A DNA stretch of 62,980 nt, filler included, from Bigelowiella natans CCMP2755 (GCA_000320545.1; 6 parts of 6 records of this genome joined end to end with filler, not necessarily neighbours in it); one strand, 5' to 3'; positions 37,431 to 50,218 are shown, counted from the whole stretch's first letter. Made by a program: numbers and translations. Notes: generated by a model from the sequence alone, not told the origin.

Positions 37431-37990
37431 GACGTATCACCCGACTTTCATCAGTATAGCAAGAAAGGCTATACGAGACTCCAATCGGATGTTTACTGAG
37501 CAAATCGGGTAGGGTTTTGCGATGACCGAGCGCAATAATGCCAAAAGAATGATTTTTTGTTTGCTCTGTTTGGTGGACATGGATGATGACTTGGGTTGTG
37601 TGCACAAACATGCGTAGTCATCGACTGGCACAGTTGTGCAAATTCTTGGTGTATTTTACCTCTTTCTGCAGTGTTATGTTTGTGTGCGTGCTTGTTCTCT
37701 CACGCAAGCGTTGTCTCATCTTGCTTGCGCAACGTTAGGTTTCTAGACACAACGCAATTCAGCGCTTCGCAGGGGCACAACTCGTCCATGTAATCCGATA
37801 GCACAAATCGTGCAATCACGTTTAGCAAACCCCCGAATCCTTTTCTAATACTGGAAGATTGACCTCCTCAAGCTTGTGTGTCCGTCCATTTTCTTGATTC
37901 TCTCGAAAACTGCATTCATTGCTGTTTCAACTAACAAGGTTTACGGATGGCATTCACTTCGGTGCGTGGGCGATCCTTCCACGACGAGCA
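28683..37990 (+). CDS. Multi-exon probable SGNH-hydrolase / PC-esterase-like protein; one intron carries the copia element
   Basis: Short AG...GT exons on both sides of the element (e.g. ~29388-29450, ~29597-29627, ~35538-35580, ~35681-35724, ~36412-36467, ~36723-36750 RGKRVIWWT, ~37938-37991 FTDGIHFGAW with a DxxH motif). 5' end cut by a gap. Confidence 0.5.
29704..30328 (+). repeat. 5' LTR (TATTGAAA...TTTCATTA)
   Basis: Appears identical by eye to 34747-35371; contains an internal ~33-bp tandem duplication (aataagtgttgtgctactaatgactgtgaaacg x2). Confidence 0.95.
30329..30344 (+). promoter_or_regulatory. Primer-binding site complementary to the tRNA-iMet anticodon arm (half-tRNA priming)
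   Basis: GGTTATGAGCC directly abuts the LTR, like the GGTTATGGGCCC PBS of Drosophila copia-type elements. Confidence 0.8.
30333..33788 (+). CDS. Copia Gag-Pol (Gag, zinc knuckle, protease, integrase, most of RT)
   Basis: CHYCKRQGHFKREC; VVFDSGCT; WHRALNH...CESC; integrase D/D/E (DADTKG, TDNGREF, GKVER); YRLKARLCARGFSQ; KSLYGLK; HIDDLLI. Confidence 0.95.
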   Translation: MSLSMLVTTKYWRTTKLEKPDDWERFVSTLIDSATLMQMPNALLAPTASIMGGDRKYAKSENGEEMPELESTKELKGDAYLKAVVESPVLPNLLPRVGGTSKVADPDAVLKISAAEWEKYYANLPREELEKRRNLYCHIGLVLGDNYLQFKSGLRDPALLICILRKQIEGPTLVRLLRLKRKLDRETLADYGGNVESYAASIERTAAKLNSLGKRVDDQDKWLALLSGMPDDGIYEVIITMMINENKTTFREAVVKLSAHEARKKDSDEQLAALKSSAPRSGYRKNGRRGDSDNRRRNDDRKKGNDPKPIYRKGVYCHYCKRQGHFKRECYKFLEDKKNGITAGVSDRRNTSDDESLWASGIRQMDDNVVVFDSGCTRTVCNDKSLFTDLQIKPCGDMYLADNKVKYKIAGKGTIVLRTKGGGVLKVKGVAFIPEFPHNYLSPRQLRKQGYKIKAINDGDDWQILRDDEEICRTARDIRPHYGIKLSSSRICKDTVAAMKSFKKDSRTLAQWHRALNHVSEAVIKRTAKAVNGMVITDGGKYSCESCDLTKLNKRTFSKQKTTTAKDAMDRWDADTKGILKKSRDGDKYYLLVKDHATDYMYGKVMKSKNTTEAMMKAIVEFQIKTGKKLKNLHTDNGREFMSHKLQDFLRRNGTHHSTGVPDVPEQQGKVERALQTVHRAVLSTVKESNLPKDLWHYAFKNVVQTFAYIPTTTVPDKTPYERMFKTKPRVNHLLPFGCIGYCRIPDRLRERGGFGDKANRCRFLCYDEQANSYVVLIQNGKSDKVSRVTHVKFYPDKFKFPDQDQDKEQKSLLLDAETFLQYVEETQTDDDSTKKGKGTDDEELQEHHQTDPPKAPGRPRGSKNRDHSDFAKDETPRPQRNRKTVERYDPSKTAAISCDDDDNDDYGCEYAGGLHGLCAGLVMSDIPGIGEPKNYREANAPEQCGRWKKPQEEEIMALEKNNTWRIVKRPANIKLITTTWVYKEKRGKDGKVYRLKARLCARGFSQEGVTYSDSFAPTSRAATVRAIIAFAAKLGFHITQADVDNAFLHGLLKRPEYMEIPLGLRHKHDPALFCCELIKSLYGLKVAARCWDSELAKFMDELGFVRLDSDPCVYVYHHGEDMIIVSTHIDDLLIASNSQKRRDWFIAGVG
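33781..34656 (+). CDS. Copia Pol C-terminus (end of RT plus RNase H), out of frame by one base
   Basis: YRSLIGCLNY..MTRPDI; WADADYGG; STAEAEY; EDNQAC; LADVLTK. Confidence 0.93.
   Translation: MGKKYGVKDEGDAHFLLGIEIVQRDDCYLLKQGHYVDRILEKFKMVDCHGVSVPLSPSHQIDEDKEGEAVDDRLYRSLIGCLNYVSVMTRPDISYSLSKLARYVGKATMMHWKAAKHVLRYLKHTRSYGLRFPKGDNGGIVLWADADYGGCMDTRKCTSGNLTVYNGALVSWRSKRQPIPAKSTAEAEYISLAEGMEECLWLRNLLAELGEEVKSIPAKEDNQACIHIAENPKVTQRTKAIDMRYHYARHYVKDGLFKMEYVQSKLQLADVLTKAVTQSIMERFRDATLGE
34671..34746 (+). promoter_or_regulatory. Tandemly duplicated hairpin plus polypurine tract
   Basis: tcgacgc-N12/13-gcgtcga followed by GGGGGAG-TAT occurs twice; the second copy abuts the 3' LTR. Confidence 0.85.
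34747..35371 (+). repeat. 3' LTR
   Basis: 625 bp, matches the 5' LTR. Confidence 0.95.
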
Positions 37991-38052
37991 CGTAATTATC
38001 TAGCTCAAATGTTTATGCATTTACATTACTCTGTGTGTGTGAGAGCGAGAGC

Positions 38053-38100
<48 letters not shown>

Positions 38101-38479
38101 GCACGCAGCTTCAATGGATGCTAATTCATAAAAAGGACAAATGTCAATCTATGGTTTTGTGCCTTAATGACACTGGTTGCGGTTGTGTGTTTTTCCATGG
38201 TAACACACAGGGTCTACTCTCGTGGCTAAAGTCACAGGAGAATTCGTGTTAAACGCTGCCTGCGACGAGACTTCGTGATTTTGATTTTGCGCAGAGTAAT
38301 GGAAATTTATTTATTAAAAAATGAATCATATTATTTGGAAGAAGATATGAAGTGCGTGCTTGGTCGATTATTGCTTATCACGGAGCTATTTACTCACCTA
38401 GCACAGTTCTATTTTTTACACGTTTCTCGTTGATTAGTGCTACATTCGCTGTTTTGTGCGATTTGATGTTGCGCCTGTA

Positions 38480-39520
38480 GCATCATTTTGATCTCCTCAA
38501 TTTAGCTAGCAAGCAGTAGTAGAGGCTGTTTGTGTGTGCGAAATGCCGTGCACTACGCGCACACGATGATGAACATTAAGTCTCTCATTTGTAGCATTCA
38601 TCATAACAGCGCAACATAGACACACACGTGCAAACATGCTAGCTAGCTAGCTAGCTAGCTAGCTAGCATGTTGCATTGCAATCTGGCAAATGAACTTTTA
38701 ACACCGAGCGCAACAAGTGCAATGCAAGCGAGCGTGTAGCACACGCATCGCACACACTATCGCAGCCTGAGACGATGTGCAAGGAACAGCCTTGCTAGCT
38801 TGGCGAACAAGCAACATTGTCAACGTTGACCAGCAAATGCACTGTTTGGATTTGCGCGCGCTAACTTTACATGCTAGCATGCACTAGTGCATGGTAGCAT
38901 GGCAGCATGGAAAAATTCCTTGATGCAGGCTAGCAAGGCAGCATAGCAATGTCAATGACAATGTGACAAAAAATTAAACAAAAAATAACACTGCATGTAC
39001 GTGGCATGCAATTTTAATTTGTTGATGCATTTATTGCTTGACTACGCTTGTAGGCTTGTAGGCAGCCCAGTGGCTAGCCAACTAGCTAGAAGCAGATGCA
39101 GAGAAAGTTCTTTTGTGACAGAGAGCAAACGCTACGCCTATGCAAACGCGCCTTGACTGCAATTTAACAATTTAGCAAATTCATTTTGCAGATCAAACAC
39201 GTAGCATACTACCATAGCTAGATAGCGGAATTAGCTTGCATTGATAAATGTCTTTGTGAACAAATTTCCTTTACGGACGAACACCACACAATATATATGT
39301 TGAAAATTACTCGTGTATGTAATTCTCAGTGTGCTGGATTACCGTGTTGTACGCGCGTGGCTGTGCGTACACTGCGCGCATTCATGCAGTTGGCCCAACT
39401 GCATGCATCTATAAACATGCCATCCCTATTTGGCAGCATCAAGTATTGGAAAATTGCGCACAAACAACTACTCGAAACATGTTACTACGATAATGCCAAT
39501 TTTTTAACAATGCCTGCTTC
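38480..39520. other. Intergenic patch, partly TpA-eroded, with a (CTAG)n run
   Basis: TG/CA-rich; many surviving TA in TAG/CTA; gctagctagctag run at ~38638-38667. Confidence 0.5.
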
Positions 39521-39586
39521 CTTGATGTGAAGCCAATTTATTTTTAATCATAAATAGTAAAGTAGTAGTAAAATACAGGAAAATGT

Positions 39587-42500
39587 TTATGCTGTGGTTT
39601 GCGCCTGTTTCAGTCTGGTCCGCCGGCCTTTCGCCCACACATTGTCCCGCAAGATATTCGCAAGTTTCTCTTTCGAATAAGTGCCGAGGATGTGAGAATT
39701 TTTCATGGTAGGAGTTAGGTCAAACGTTGCATAAAAGTAGCGCTGCATGGCGTGTATCCTCCGAAGCGCTTTAATTGTATCGTCTTTTGTTATAACTCGC
39801 TCGTCTCCAAGCTTTACAAGGCGCCAGCCTACCCGCACACCCTTAGTTTTGGCCTGATCATATGTAGACGTGACGAAGTTGTTCTTGTCGAGCTTACACA
39901 CGCCTTTATCGGCATCGAAGCAGAATGTATACTCGCTCTCCGCAGCGACACGTGCATCCTCGGACCCGCAGGCGCAGCAGCTGCAAGCCAGGAAACACGG
40001 CATGAACACGTAGATGCACGGCGCAGTGAGCACAGCCTCCAGCCACAGAATCGTGCACGCACGGACAACAATGTCCTGCGGCCAAGTTAGAAGAGTCGAG
40101 GATACGATATCCCAGTCCGCTCCTTCGTCCTCTACGGCTTGATACGCTAGCACCACGACGATGAAGGCGCAGCCGGTGATGGCGGTTAAACACACGCCAG
40201 CGGCAACGAAGTCCCAAAAGACCCATAGATTGTACGGCGGGTGTGAGGGCTCTCGACTGACCACGCGCCCGCAGCAAAGAATCTCTCTTTCGTCCACTTC
40301 TATGAACGCGAGTTCCGTCTCCGTGCGTCCTCTCATTGAGCCATTTTTGGCCTTGTATACCGTTTCGCCGAAGTTGGCGTCGCTCTTGAAGAACAGGCGA
40401 TTACGGCTGCTGTCATCATCCTCGCTCCTCCTTCTCTTGTCAGACGATGAGCGATCGGAGTCCACGTAATAATCTCCTCCCTTTCCTTCATGGATCGATG
40501 GCGCCGAGCTATTTAGGTTTATCTGGCTTTTAAAAGCCGCCGCCTCACCTTTTCTCTTCTTGCGCTTAGTTTCACGAGTTCCAAACAAGTACCCTAATGT
40601 CATCCCTAGCCCGATGCCCAGGCCGAGTCCTGATGCCGCATTTTTGGGCTCTACGATATGCTCGTCTTCTTCTTCATCTTTCTTCACGTCATCTTCCTCC
40701 TCGCCTTCATTCTCACGGTTCTCATTAGCAGCATCGTCGCCACCAGCGTCGTCCTCATCTTCAAGCGATAATCCAAAATCAGTTTCCATCTCTCCCATGA
40801 GCAGGGTGACAACCCAAAACAACCACGGAAGGGCCGCCACGATCCCGAGAGCAGTGAAACTCACCTTGAACTCGCCCGGAGTCTCTCGCGTTAACATTTG
40901 AGTCACAAGGAAGGGCAGGGGGAAGCCAATGATCATCGCCATTATTGCCACTGAAATGTTCCCTTGAATGTACCCAAGGTTCTGCTCGGTCCCAACCAGC
41001 AGCGCGCACACAGCTGCTCCGTTGAAAATGAGGAGGGCGAGAATCATAACCCTTTTCTTCGAGTCGATGTAGTCCCCCGGCATTCGGATGCACATCGTCA
41101 TCCAGGGGTGCCTTCTCCGCAGGGCCAGAATCATTGATTTTCTCCAACTATCGATCGAGCGAGGCACCTCAAAATGAAGCCTCCGAGATTGGTTGAGGCT
41201 GCGGAAGAACTCCTTCTCGTTCCGCTCGACTGCCTCCGGTGTCGCGCTGCTCCTCCGGTCAAGCAGGAAGGCAAATCCAAAGGCCAGCAGCAGCGTCGAC
41301 AGAATGAGGACAATCAGCATCATGGAGGGGCTCTTCCTAGGGTCGTAAGCAGCCGTATTGGCCACGTCCCTCGCCGATATCGTGTTGACCTCCAGGTTGA
41401 AGGCGGGCCTGGTGCTGAACGAGGTGAGGTGCATTGACTCGCAAATATGGCTTCCCCCAGCGCTCAGGCCTTTGTACACCACGCCCTCCGTGCTCCACGC
41501 TGCTGTGGATTCGTCCCAGAACACGCACTGGCGGCTGACTGTCCCGCCGCTTTTCGTCGGCAGGGAGTCGCCGTCCCTGTCGGTGGGCACCTGGACCCGA
41601 AACGGAGCGCTGCCGGAACGGTTGCTTGCCATCTCCACGGCTGCAGCTTCTCCAGACGCCGCAACCGCCTTCACCTCCACGATGGAGAGGCCGCTGGTGT
41701 AGTTGCTTGTGACGTTCTTTCCGAACGGAAACACCGAGCCCCCCGTCCCTCCGATCACGGCGACAAACCCTAGCTGCACTCCCTTGGCTGCTCTACTCGA
41801 TGATGCCACAAATACCCTATCGAGCTCCACAACGGACCCCCCGACGCTCGATAGTGTTACGTTGGCCGGCTTGCCCGCGTCCAGCATTCGAGAGGAAATG
41901 GAGATGGCGACCTTTCCTGGGTCGCTCGCGACCCCCACAACAAGTTCATCCTCGCCAGGGATGAGATCAACGGCGAGCAGCGTGGTCAGATTCGAGAGCG
42001 TGTGCTCGATTCGTCTGGAGAGGAGGGCGTCGGCACCTGCCGAGGTAGCCGAAGCCGCCGCCGTGGTGTTGCTCGTAGCTGTGAGGAGGTTTGAGATTGC
42101 CCCGCTTGCAGCGACAACAGTGCTGCTCTCTTCGCCGCTTGAGAACGAAGTCTCGTCGTAGGAGTCAGTAATCCCCCCAATCAAATCTAACGTGGACTCA
42201 ACCACATTGGTTGTTATCTCCCCAGGCCGCTGAGAAGTCGTGAGCGTTTGTGCGAGCGCCGCGACCACAGGCAACGGCAAAGAGGAGCTTGCCGCCCCCC
42301 CCGACGGCTTTGCTACCGTCGCGAGCTTGGTGAGCAGCTCCTCCCGCTCATGAATCGCGTTGGCTTGGGACGTTTGCGACACGCCAGCGGGCGAGGAGAG
42401 GAACGATGCCAGGGCGGCGACTTCTGCCACGAATGTCTGCGTATCCCCTTCTCGCAATCGCTCGTCGATAGCTTCGTTGATCTCGGTGAGATTGAGCGCG

Positions 42501-43032
42501 GCGGGCTGCGTCACGTTCAGGGCGAAGTAGGAATAGCTCCGCGCTCCTAAGTCATCGCTGACGACCGCCCGGAGCAGCACCCTGTCATTGGAATCCGAGG
42601 AGGAGGAGGAGGAGGAGGAGGAGGAGGACGAGGAGGAAGAACCCCCCGAGACCGTCGTCTTGTAGGACGGCAAGCTGCGGAATTGGCACAGGTCCAGAAA
42701 CGTCGCGCTGGAAGCTGGAAGGGTCTGCGAATTCACCACAGCCTGTACATTATCAGCTGACACGATTTGGAACTTGTAGCGGAGCGGAAGGTCGGCGGCA
42801 TCGTCAACGTACCCTTCGCACACCAGGAGGAACTCCGTTTGGAGAGCCACGCCGGCTGCTGGCGAGGAAGAGCATGCCCCGGAGGTCGGGGGAGAGTTGA
42901 TTCGAACGGCCACGGAGGCAGATCCAGTGGCCTTTGGTCAAAACGATTGATTGGGCGGAAACGAGAAATATTAGGCCGCGTCGTTGTATCGTATGGAAAG
43001 AGTATTTATTTACAGTAAATACACACACACAT

Positions 43033-43101
<69 letters not shown>

Positions 43102-44688
43102 ATTATCTATATAACTGCATGCATCTATCACCTCAACGACCCCGTATCGTACAGTAGTCGAAACAGAAAACTCGTAGGTCTTCCCTGGAAGAAGCACATC
43201 TGGGCGGAAAATGAGCTTTCTCGCATCGATAGGCGACCGCAGGTTCTTCCGGTCCGAAATGTTAAAATCTGCTGCATCGCAAGCCCACTGAAGGCCCAAC
43301 GAGGTATCATCGGTGGAAGTAGGAGCATTGGCAAGTCGCGCAGTGGCGCTGAGGACTAACTTGTCCCTGCCGTCTAGGATGCCATCACTCACTGAAGAGC
43401 TGAGAGTCACCTGATTACCAAGAAAACCAAGCTCAAAACGAATTTAAAAAAATAAATGAGCTGTGCATCGAATCAATGCGCCCAGAGCCCGTCATGGAGG
43501 ACTTTTTTAATTAATAAAGTCTCCATTATCTATCGACGCACTGCGAGATCTCGGAGGCTGTATATGCGAGTGCGTGCTGGCGTGTACTAGAGCGGTTTCT
43601 GTACCTTAGGAGCAGGGAGATTCGTTGTTAGGAGGATAAGAGAAGCAGTAGCGTTGGCCGCGTCAGTTCGGTTGGTACTGACGTTGACTCGTACCTCATA
43701 GCGCCTAATGAGAATAAAGAATGGTGAAAGACAAGTTGCGGTGTGTGTGTGTGTGTCATCAGAAACTATTTTGGCCTATATTTGCCGTGCGTGTGTATTC
43801 GCATGTGGAAGGAATAGATGGTTCGGTGCGCGCGTGCGGGTTGCTATTCTGGGTGAACGCGCGACGAGTGTCGGCACGCTGTCGCTCGCACCGATTTCCC
43901 AGAAGCTGCGAAGTTGATAGGGTCGCTTTTGCTCCGGTTGAGTTAAGGCTCCTCTCCACCAGTGTGGTGGCATCCTTGACGGACCATGCAAACGACAGAG
44001 CGCTCTGCGAAGAAGGAAAGGCAGGATCTACCGACTTGGACGCATCAAACTGAAGGTGGTATGGCTCGGCGCTGGCCACCAGCGCCACAGTGCGGCTAGA
44101 GCCTGGGCATAGTAGCAAGAAGAAATTCAAAACTTTTAGAAAAAGTTCGCATCCGTAAACTCACAAACCCAACGCGTATGCCGCGCGCGCCCCGGCGAAC
44201 CTAAAAACTAGTTTGTACTGACTCTACTACCTCCAGCGATGTGCGCCCGGAGAGGCTCATTTGCCACGCTGAGAGAAAACACCACCGAATTCTGCCCTAG
44301 GGTTGCGTTGGTAGTGGCCGAGAATGCCTTCGCTAAAAACCGTATTTTGTAGACTGATGAGGGAAGCAGAGAAAAGGCTGGAATGCTCACGTAGGAGGCT
44401 CTCGTGCCCGATAGAGGGATCAGACTTGGCCCGCTTATTTGGGTCCAAAACAGATTGACTCGAAGATTCGGCAAGCACGTAGGTGTGCGGACCTGCGCAA
44501 GGGCAAACATAGAGAGGGAGGGGGCGGAGCGCGTGTTGCGCAGTGTTAGCCGTTATTTCAAAGGGGAGGCGTCTAAATTTAGGTGAAAGCTCGACGACGA
44601 AACGGGGGGGCCTTGTTTGGCTGTTAACCCGCTATAGTAATGGCGAATATAGAGCGCACTATACTTGCAGAAACGACTGTTTCTTTAA

Positions 44689-44735
<47 letters not shown>

Positions 44736-46286
44736 ATCGCTAGCGCCCGCCCTTCCCTCTCGAGGATTCAAGAATGATGCTATGACGAACAATTATTATT
44801 ATCCTTATTACTATGATTACTATTATAATTATCATTATTATCATTATTATTATTATCATTCTTCGCACCTGGACATTGATTTCAGTCATCCTGCTCCGTT
44901 TCGTCGTGATGTTGGTAGAACTCGGAAGCAGTAACAACGGCACTACGGAGCTCACCTGGTTGGTATTAATAACAAGCAGGTATTGCTATAGGCTATGTTG
45001 TATACAGATGCTATAGTAAATCATTGACAGTGCCGCATGCATACCTTAGAAACGCTAATTTGCGCCGTCGCAGAATCGTTCAGCCAGTTCTTCACGGTGA
45101 CCGCAACAACCACCGTTTCGCCGAGAGGGATGATTGTCCCGTTAAGAGAAAAAATGCTGGCTCTCGTCTGCGCCGCGTCCACATTCAGCACGTTCCGCCA
45201 CCCCGAGCCCGTGTTGTTTACGAGAGCCCAAGAATACCTGAAAAACGAGCGAGCGGAGGGGGAGACCGAGGCTCATCAGCACGAACGACGAGAGAAAAAT
45301 GCTGGAAATAGTACTGGAATGGCTTTGCCAAAGACCCCTCTCCATTGGCAGTGAAGTCGAACACTCCCCCGCATGCGCCGATTTTCGTCTCGCCAACGAG
45401 TCCAACGCTGACAGCGGTTGACAGCGAGGCGCGGAGAACAACCTGCGTTGAAAACGGAGGAATCGTCGGCAATTGCTTGCGCAAAGATACGAATCTATCT
45501 CTGTAGCATTTATTCTCCACTCTATTACGAGCTTGTAGACCGCTGCTCGTGTTGGATCGAGTGGGCGCTATTCGCCAGGCGTAAGGGCAAACGATCATAT
45601 GCGGAAGAAGACACCCACACACGCACGGGGCGGCACCGTTGGTTGCAAAAACTTAGGTGGAACCGAGAAGAAGAAAGCAAATGAATTCAGGAAATGCTCC
45701 GCGAGAAATTTTCGTTGACTACTACTACTACTACTACCACGCTAGTAAGGGCGTTCTCGGCGTTGGCATCTCCCTCTGTGTGGATTTTCCCTCCTGCTAG
45801 AGCTATACTTTGGCCCGGTACCAGGTCAAAATCTAGCCCGATCGCCACGACGAGGACACGGGCGTCCTCCCAATAACATCTGTGCGTTGTCAAACAGCAA
45901 AGCTACAAACCAACAACTTTTCGCTGGAGAAGCACGCGCACACTCGTGCCGCGGAGATGCATGTAGGCATCCCCAGCCCCCTCCCACCCCCCCCCCCCCC
46001 CCCCCCCTTCCCCCTCTCTCATCAATAAACAAACAATACCGGTGACCGCGTCCAAGCAAGTTGACAGACGCTGGGATGAAGAGACTTTGGCAAGGAAGAG
46101 ACGGCTGGTTTGTCGCGCGATCAAAATGCACTAGAATATGCTGGTAGCTGCGAGAAAATTCGGCCTTCACTGGATGCGGTCCATCAGGCTAAGTATGTCA
46201 CCACAAAGTAGCAGAGTATGGACGGGGATTATCTTCCTTTTTCAACAATACTAACGCTTGTATCGACTTACCTTTCGTTCTATCAT

Positions 46287-46360
<74 letters not shown>

Positions 46361-47801
46361 CCCTCCTTATGTTTCGCAATTGTATGAGACAACTGTAGCA
46401 GTTGTTGCTGCTGGAGGAACTTGCGCACACTCGCGTTCTTCGTAGCACGCGCCTCTTTGGAGATGTGGGCGGCTCTCTTGCTGTCTTAGACGATGCAATT
46501 TAATGGAAACCGAAAGCAGCGTGAAAAGCAGCACTACTACCTTCTCAGTTGGATTTCCGGTGGGTGAGAGGGAGGGCGCGAGTGTAGGCGTCAGTGAAGG
46601 CGTCAGTGAAGGCGCGAGAGTTGGCGCGAGTGTCGGTGAGAGAGTCGGCGAGAGCGTTGTGGGACTCGGTGTTGGTTTGACTCGAGTGGTAGCGCCAGCG
46701 GCATTTAAATTAGAGGCCTGTAGTAATATCAAAACACAACATATACGACGTCCGTCGTCTCAATACCTGTCTCGACGTGATGATGATGATGATGATGATG
46801 CTTTCGGGGGTCTCATGCTCTCGTCATCCGAATATTGCACCGATGGCAAAACACATGATGCAATGAGCGGAGTGGTTTGTTGTTTTGGCCTGGTCAGGCG
46901 TTACTACGCATTCTTCGTATCACCGTCCACGTCTCCTTGTATGGGCCGCCGGGTGCGCTTGCCCATCCGATGATGATGTCGGTGAGTCGATTATCTGCAC
47001 CCGACCACCATTGCCAAATAGTTATTTGGCTGATGCAACCACTCGTTGTGTGGAAGTCGATATATTTGCTATAGCCCGATCCGATGTAGAAACAAGTGCT
47101 ATAGCTCGTGCCGGAATTGCCATCAAAAGCGTTGGCGACCACCTTGTTCGGGTCTCCGCTATCTCTTTCGCAGTTTGAGCTCACCCCAAGCGGACTCAAA
47201 GCGGTGCCGTCGTCGCTGTATATCATGATTTTATAAATGATCGCATCCCACCAAATGTTGGTTTTTTGTAGGTAAAGACGCCAGTACAGCTGATTTCCAC
47301 AGAAGCTTGGCGGAATCTGTATCGAAGCATCATTGTAGCGCCAGTCAAAATCAGCGAGAAGGTCAACGTGTTAGATGTTTGGGTAAAAAACGAATAATAA
47401 TCGAGGCCGTAAAAACTGCTGCGAAGACGATCGGTTGCTGTTACTGCCGATGTATGGACGCAAACTAGTGCATACTCGCACCCCTTCTGCCAGTCTTTCA
47501 TATTGCATGTTCATTAATTGATTAAGGCAAGAAGACTGTATTATCACCTCTGCAGTCGGGGCAGTTGTGGGAGCCATCGTTGGTGAGGATGAAGGCGCAG
47601 ACGAAGGACTTACTGTCGCTGGCATTGTTCTTACAGTATAATGTGACGTTGCTAAATCGTCAGCCTGCAGTAGTACCAGATGATAATGAGGTGTAATAAT
47701 CTAGAAATGGCGGCTAAGAACGACGAAGGTGTCTCTCAGCGTTTATCTTGTATGGATTATTATTGGAATCGCAAACACGTACCAAATGCAAAATGCATGC
47801 G

Positions 47802-47876
<75 letters not shown>

Positions 47877-48545
47877 GCGAGGTGGGATGAATTTGTTTCG
47901 TAAGATTTGGAGAAATCGAAATGGAAGCTTACTCCGTCGTGTATAGTGCAGTGTTTTGTTCTAAAAGGATTTGAAACTACTACCGTCCACAGCTCGGTGT
48001 ATGGGCCGGTGGATGACAATGACCATCCAACGATCAGACCGGTGATTCTGTTATTACTATTTCCGCCAGTTTGCGTGATTTGGATCTTGTTGATGCAACC
48101 CGAGTTTGTGTAGAAGTCCACATATTTTGTGTAGCCCGTATTGATGTTGTAGCAGGTCACGTAATTCGTGGCCCCATTGCCATCAAATGCATTGCCGACT
48201 ACCTCGCTTGCAACTCCAGGATTTCTTTCACAGTTTGAGGTCTGAGAATGCGTGGTTAACTTCGTACTGCCGTCATATAACAAGAGCTTTAAAACATAGG
48301 CCTCCCATCCATTGTTTGACTTTTGAAGGTAGAGTCGCCAGTACAACTTTGATGAGCAGTGTGAGCCCAGGAGCTAAGTGGTTTGAAAATGGATTTGTAC
48401 TCAGAATTGATGGAAGCATCAGCGAACCCGCACGTAGCCCTCGCCCCAAGTTCAGTTACTGCACGGGGGAAAAACTCCCTTATTCAAAGATAATGAAGTT
48501 TCTATTTACCCCTACCTCATCGTGTTTGGTGAGAGAATTCTGACC
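39587..48545 (-). CDS. Polycystin-1/PKDREJ-like receptor: two discoidin-like domains, PT linkers, REJ, GPS, several TMs, PDZ-like tail; multi-exon with a 3.3-kb terminal exon (39587-~42931)
   Basis: REJ-type PPTSGAC..SPAAGVALQTEF..VC...DLPLRYKF; GPS CVFWDESTAAWSTEG...CESMHLTSFS; post-TM RRRHPW...KRVMIL; hydrophobic helices; QAKTKGVRVGWRLVKLG (PDZ-like). Upstream exons include FDASKSVDP, LQWAC, PTLSPT repeats and two AFDGN domains. The 5' end probably extends to ~49200. Confidence 0.85.
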
Positions 48546-50218
48546 TGTGGGATTGGAGACTGAAACGTGCCGGTGAAGGAAAACGGAGGAGATTACAATC
48601 CGAGTCATTGTAATAACAGTGTGGGACGAGATTATTTGGTAGAACCATTGATTAAAAAAATATTATCAAGTATGGGTTTGGGGAGTAAAACACTTACGTC
48701 AGCACAAAAAATGCAAGAAACAACATATGTTGGCGCTATGTATTTGAACATATCACAGGGCCATCATTTTCTGCCGATTGAATGTGATTCAGCGAAGGAT
48801 AGGAATCTAAGATGCATAAATGCTCACCTGTGATGGACTGGTCGTTGCCCTGCTAGGAAGAACCTATCCATGTAGAAGTAATATGAGTAAAGAAAGAGTA
48901 AATTGAGTATTCATGTGAATCAGGAGCATGATCTCGAACAACTCGAGCTCCGAAGTCTAACCGTTTATTTCGGATATCTTCGATCTTTATTTATTGGTAT
49001 CGATAGAAACCATAGCTCATCATCCCCCCCCCGCCCCCCCCCCCCACACACAAGATTAAACTCAGTTCAATCCAAAAAGGCCGCTAAGTGATGCTGTGCA
49101 GCTCGTTTGCGCTCTCACGGTCTAAAAGTGTTTGTCTTTTGTTGTGCATACTAAAGTATATGTTTTGCTGTGGACATGTTTACCAGAGATATATAGCAAA
49201 GCACGGCTGCTAATATCCTCATAATTTGCTTAGCTCTCATTCCTCCTCCTCTTCACGTAGCCCCAAGCCCTCATCCATCATACGCTCAGGAGGATCTCTA
49301 TATTTTAAGACTTAGCTAATGGGATCAGCAGGAAAGCCAAACCGGAAAAACCATGAAATTTCAGGATGCGACATCGTTAATTACCCGCTCTTTATTATAT
49401 TACCGGAAGATCCACACGGATTCTTGATGCAGCCGATTTTCTTGTCCAAGGAAAATTCGTGGCGCAGTTTTTGCCCCGATGTCCGGGCACAGGTGCAAGT
49501 CGCATGCTGTTTTCCCCCTAGCTTCCTTCCAACGTGCTATGTGACAATTACATTGCTAGAAACGCCCGATGCAGTTTCTGCAGGAATGCGAAGTTCACTG
49601 CATCCGAAGTTCACTGTTCGATGTTTCATGCCTGAAAACGCGACGCTGCGCGACCTCGACCAGCGCTGGAGCGCGGCGCAGCGTCCGAAGACTGCGAGAT
49701 GATGATCCCCTCCATCATTTGCCACTTCTGATGACCCTGCTCCTCCTTGCGGGACCTTTCTCCTGCAGGCATGATCATCTTCTCAAGCAGCAAGATGCCT
49801 GGCTCGAAGGGGAAATTGACGTGCAAGGCCAGAAGGCTTGCCACTGCATTCAATGTAGCGCGTACCACTACGCGGGCACAAGTCACGTGCGACAACAAAG
49901 GGGTTGTCGCGGATATAGAATATAGATAACGTAGATATTAATACAGCATAGGCACGTGGGTTCCGGCGGGACTCATGGCAGCACACCGGAAGTGTGCTGC
50001 CCCACGTGCGGCGGCATTCGCGAAAGCTTCGCGAATGATTACGCAGTGCACGATTTAATAAAAATATAATCTTTAATAAAAATAAACACAACTCTTCAAA
50101 AGGAAGCAAACGTGCCTTCCCCCCCCCCTGCCTACTTGTGCACGTAGCGCCTCGGCCTGTGAACACCTTACGCGCAACAACCTTTGGCTTCCACACACGG
50201 GAAACGATTTGACTAACA

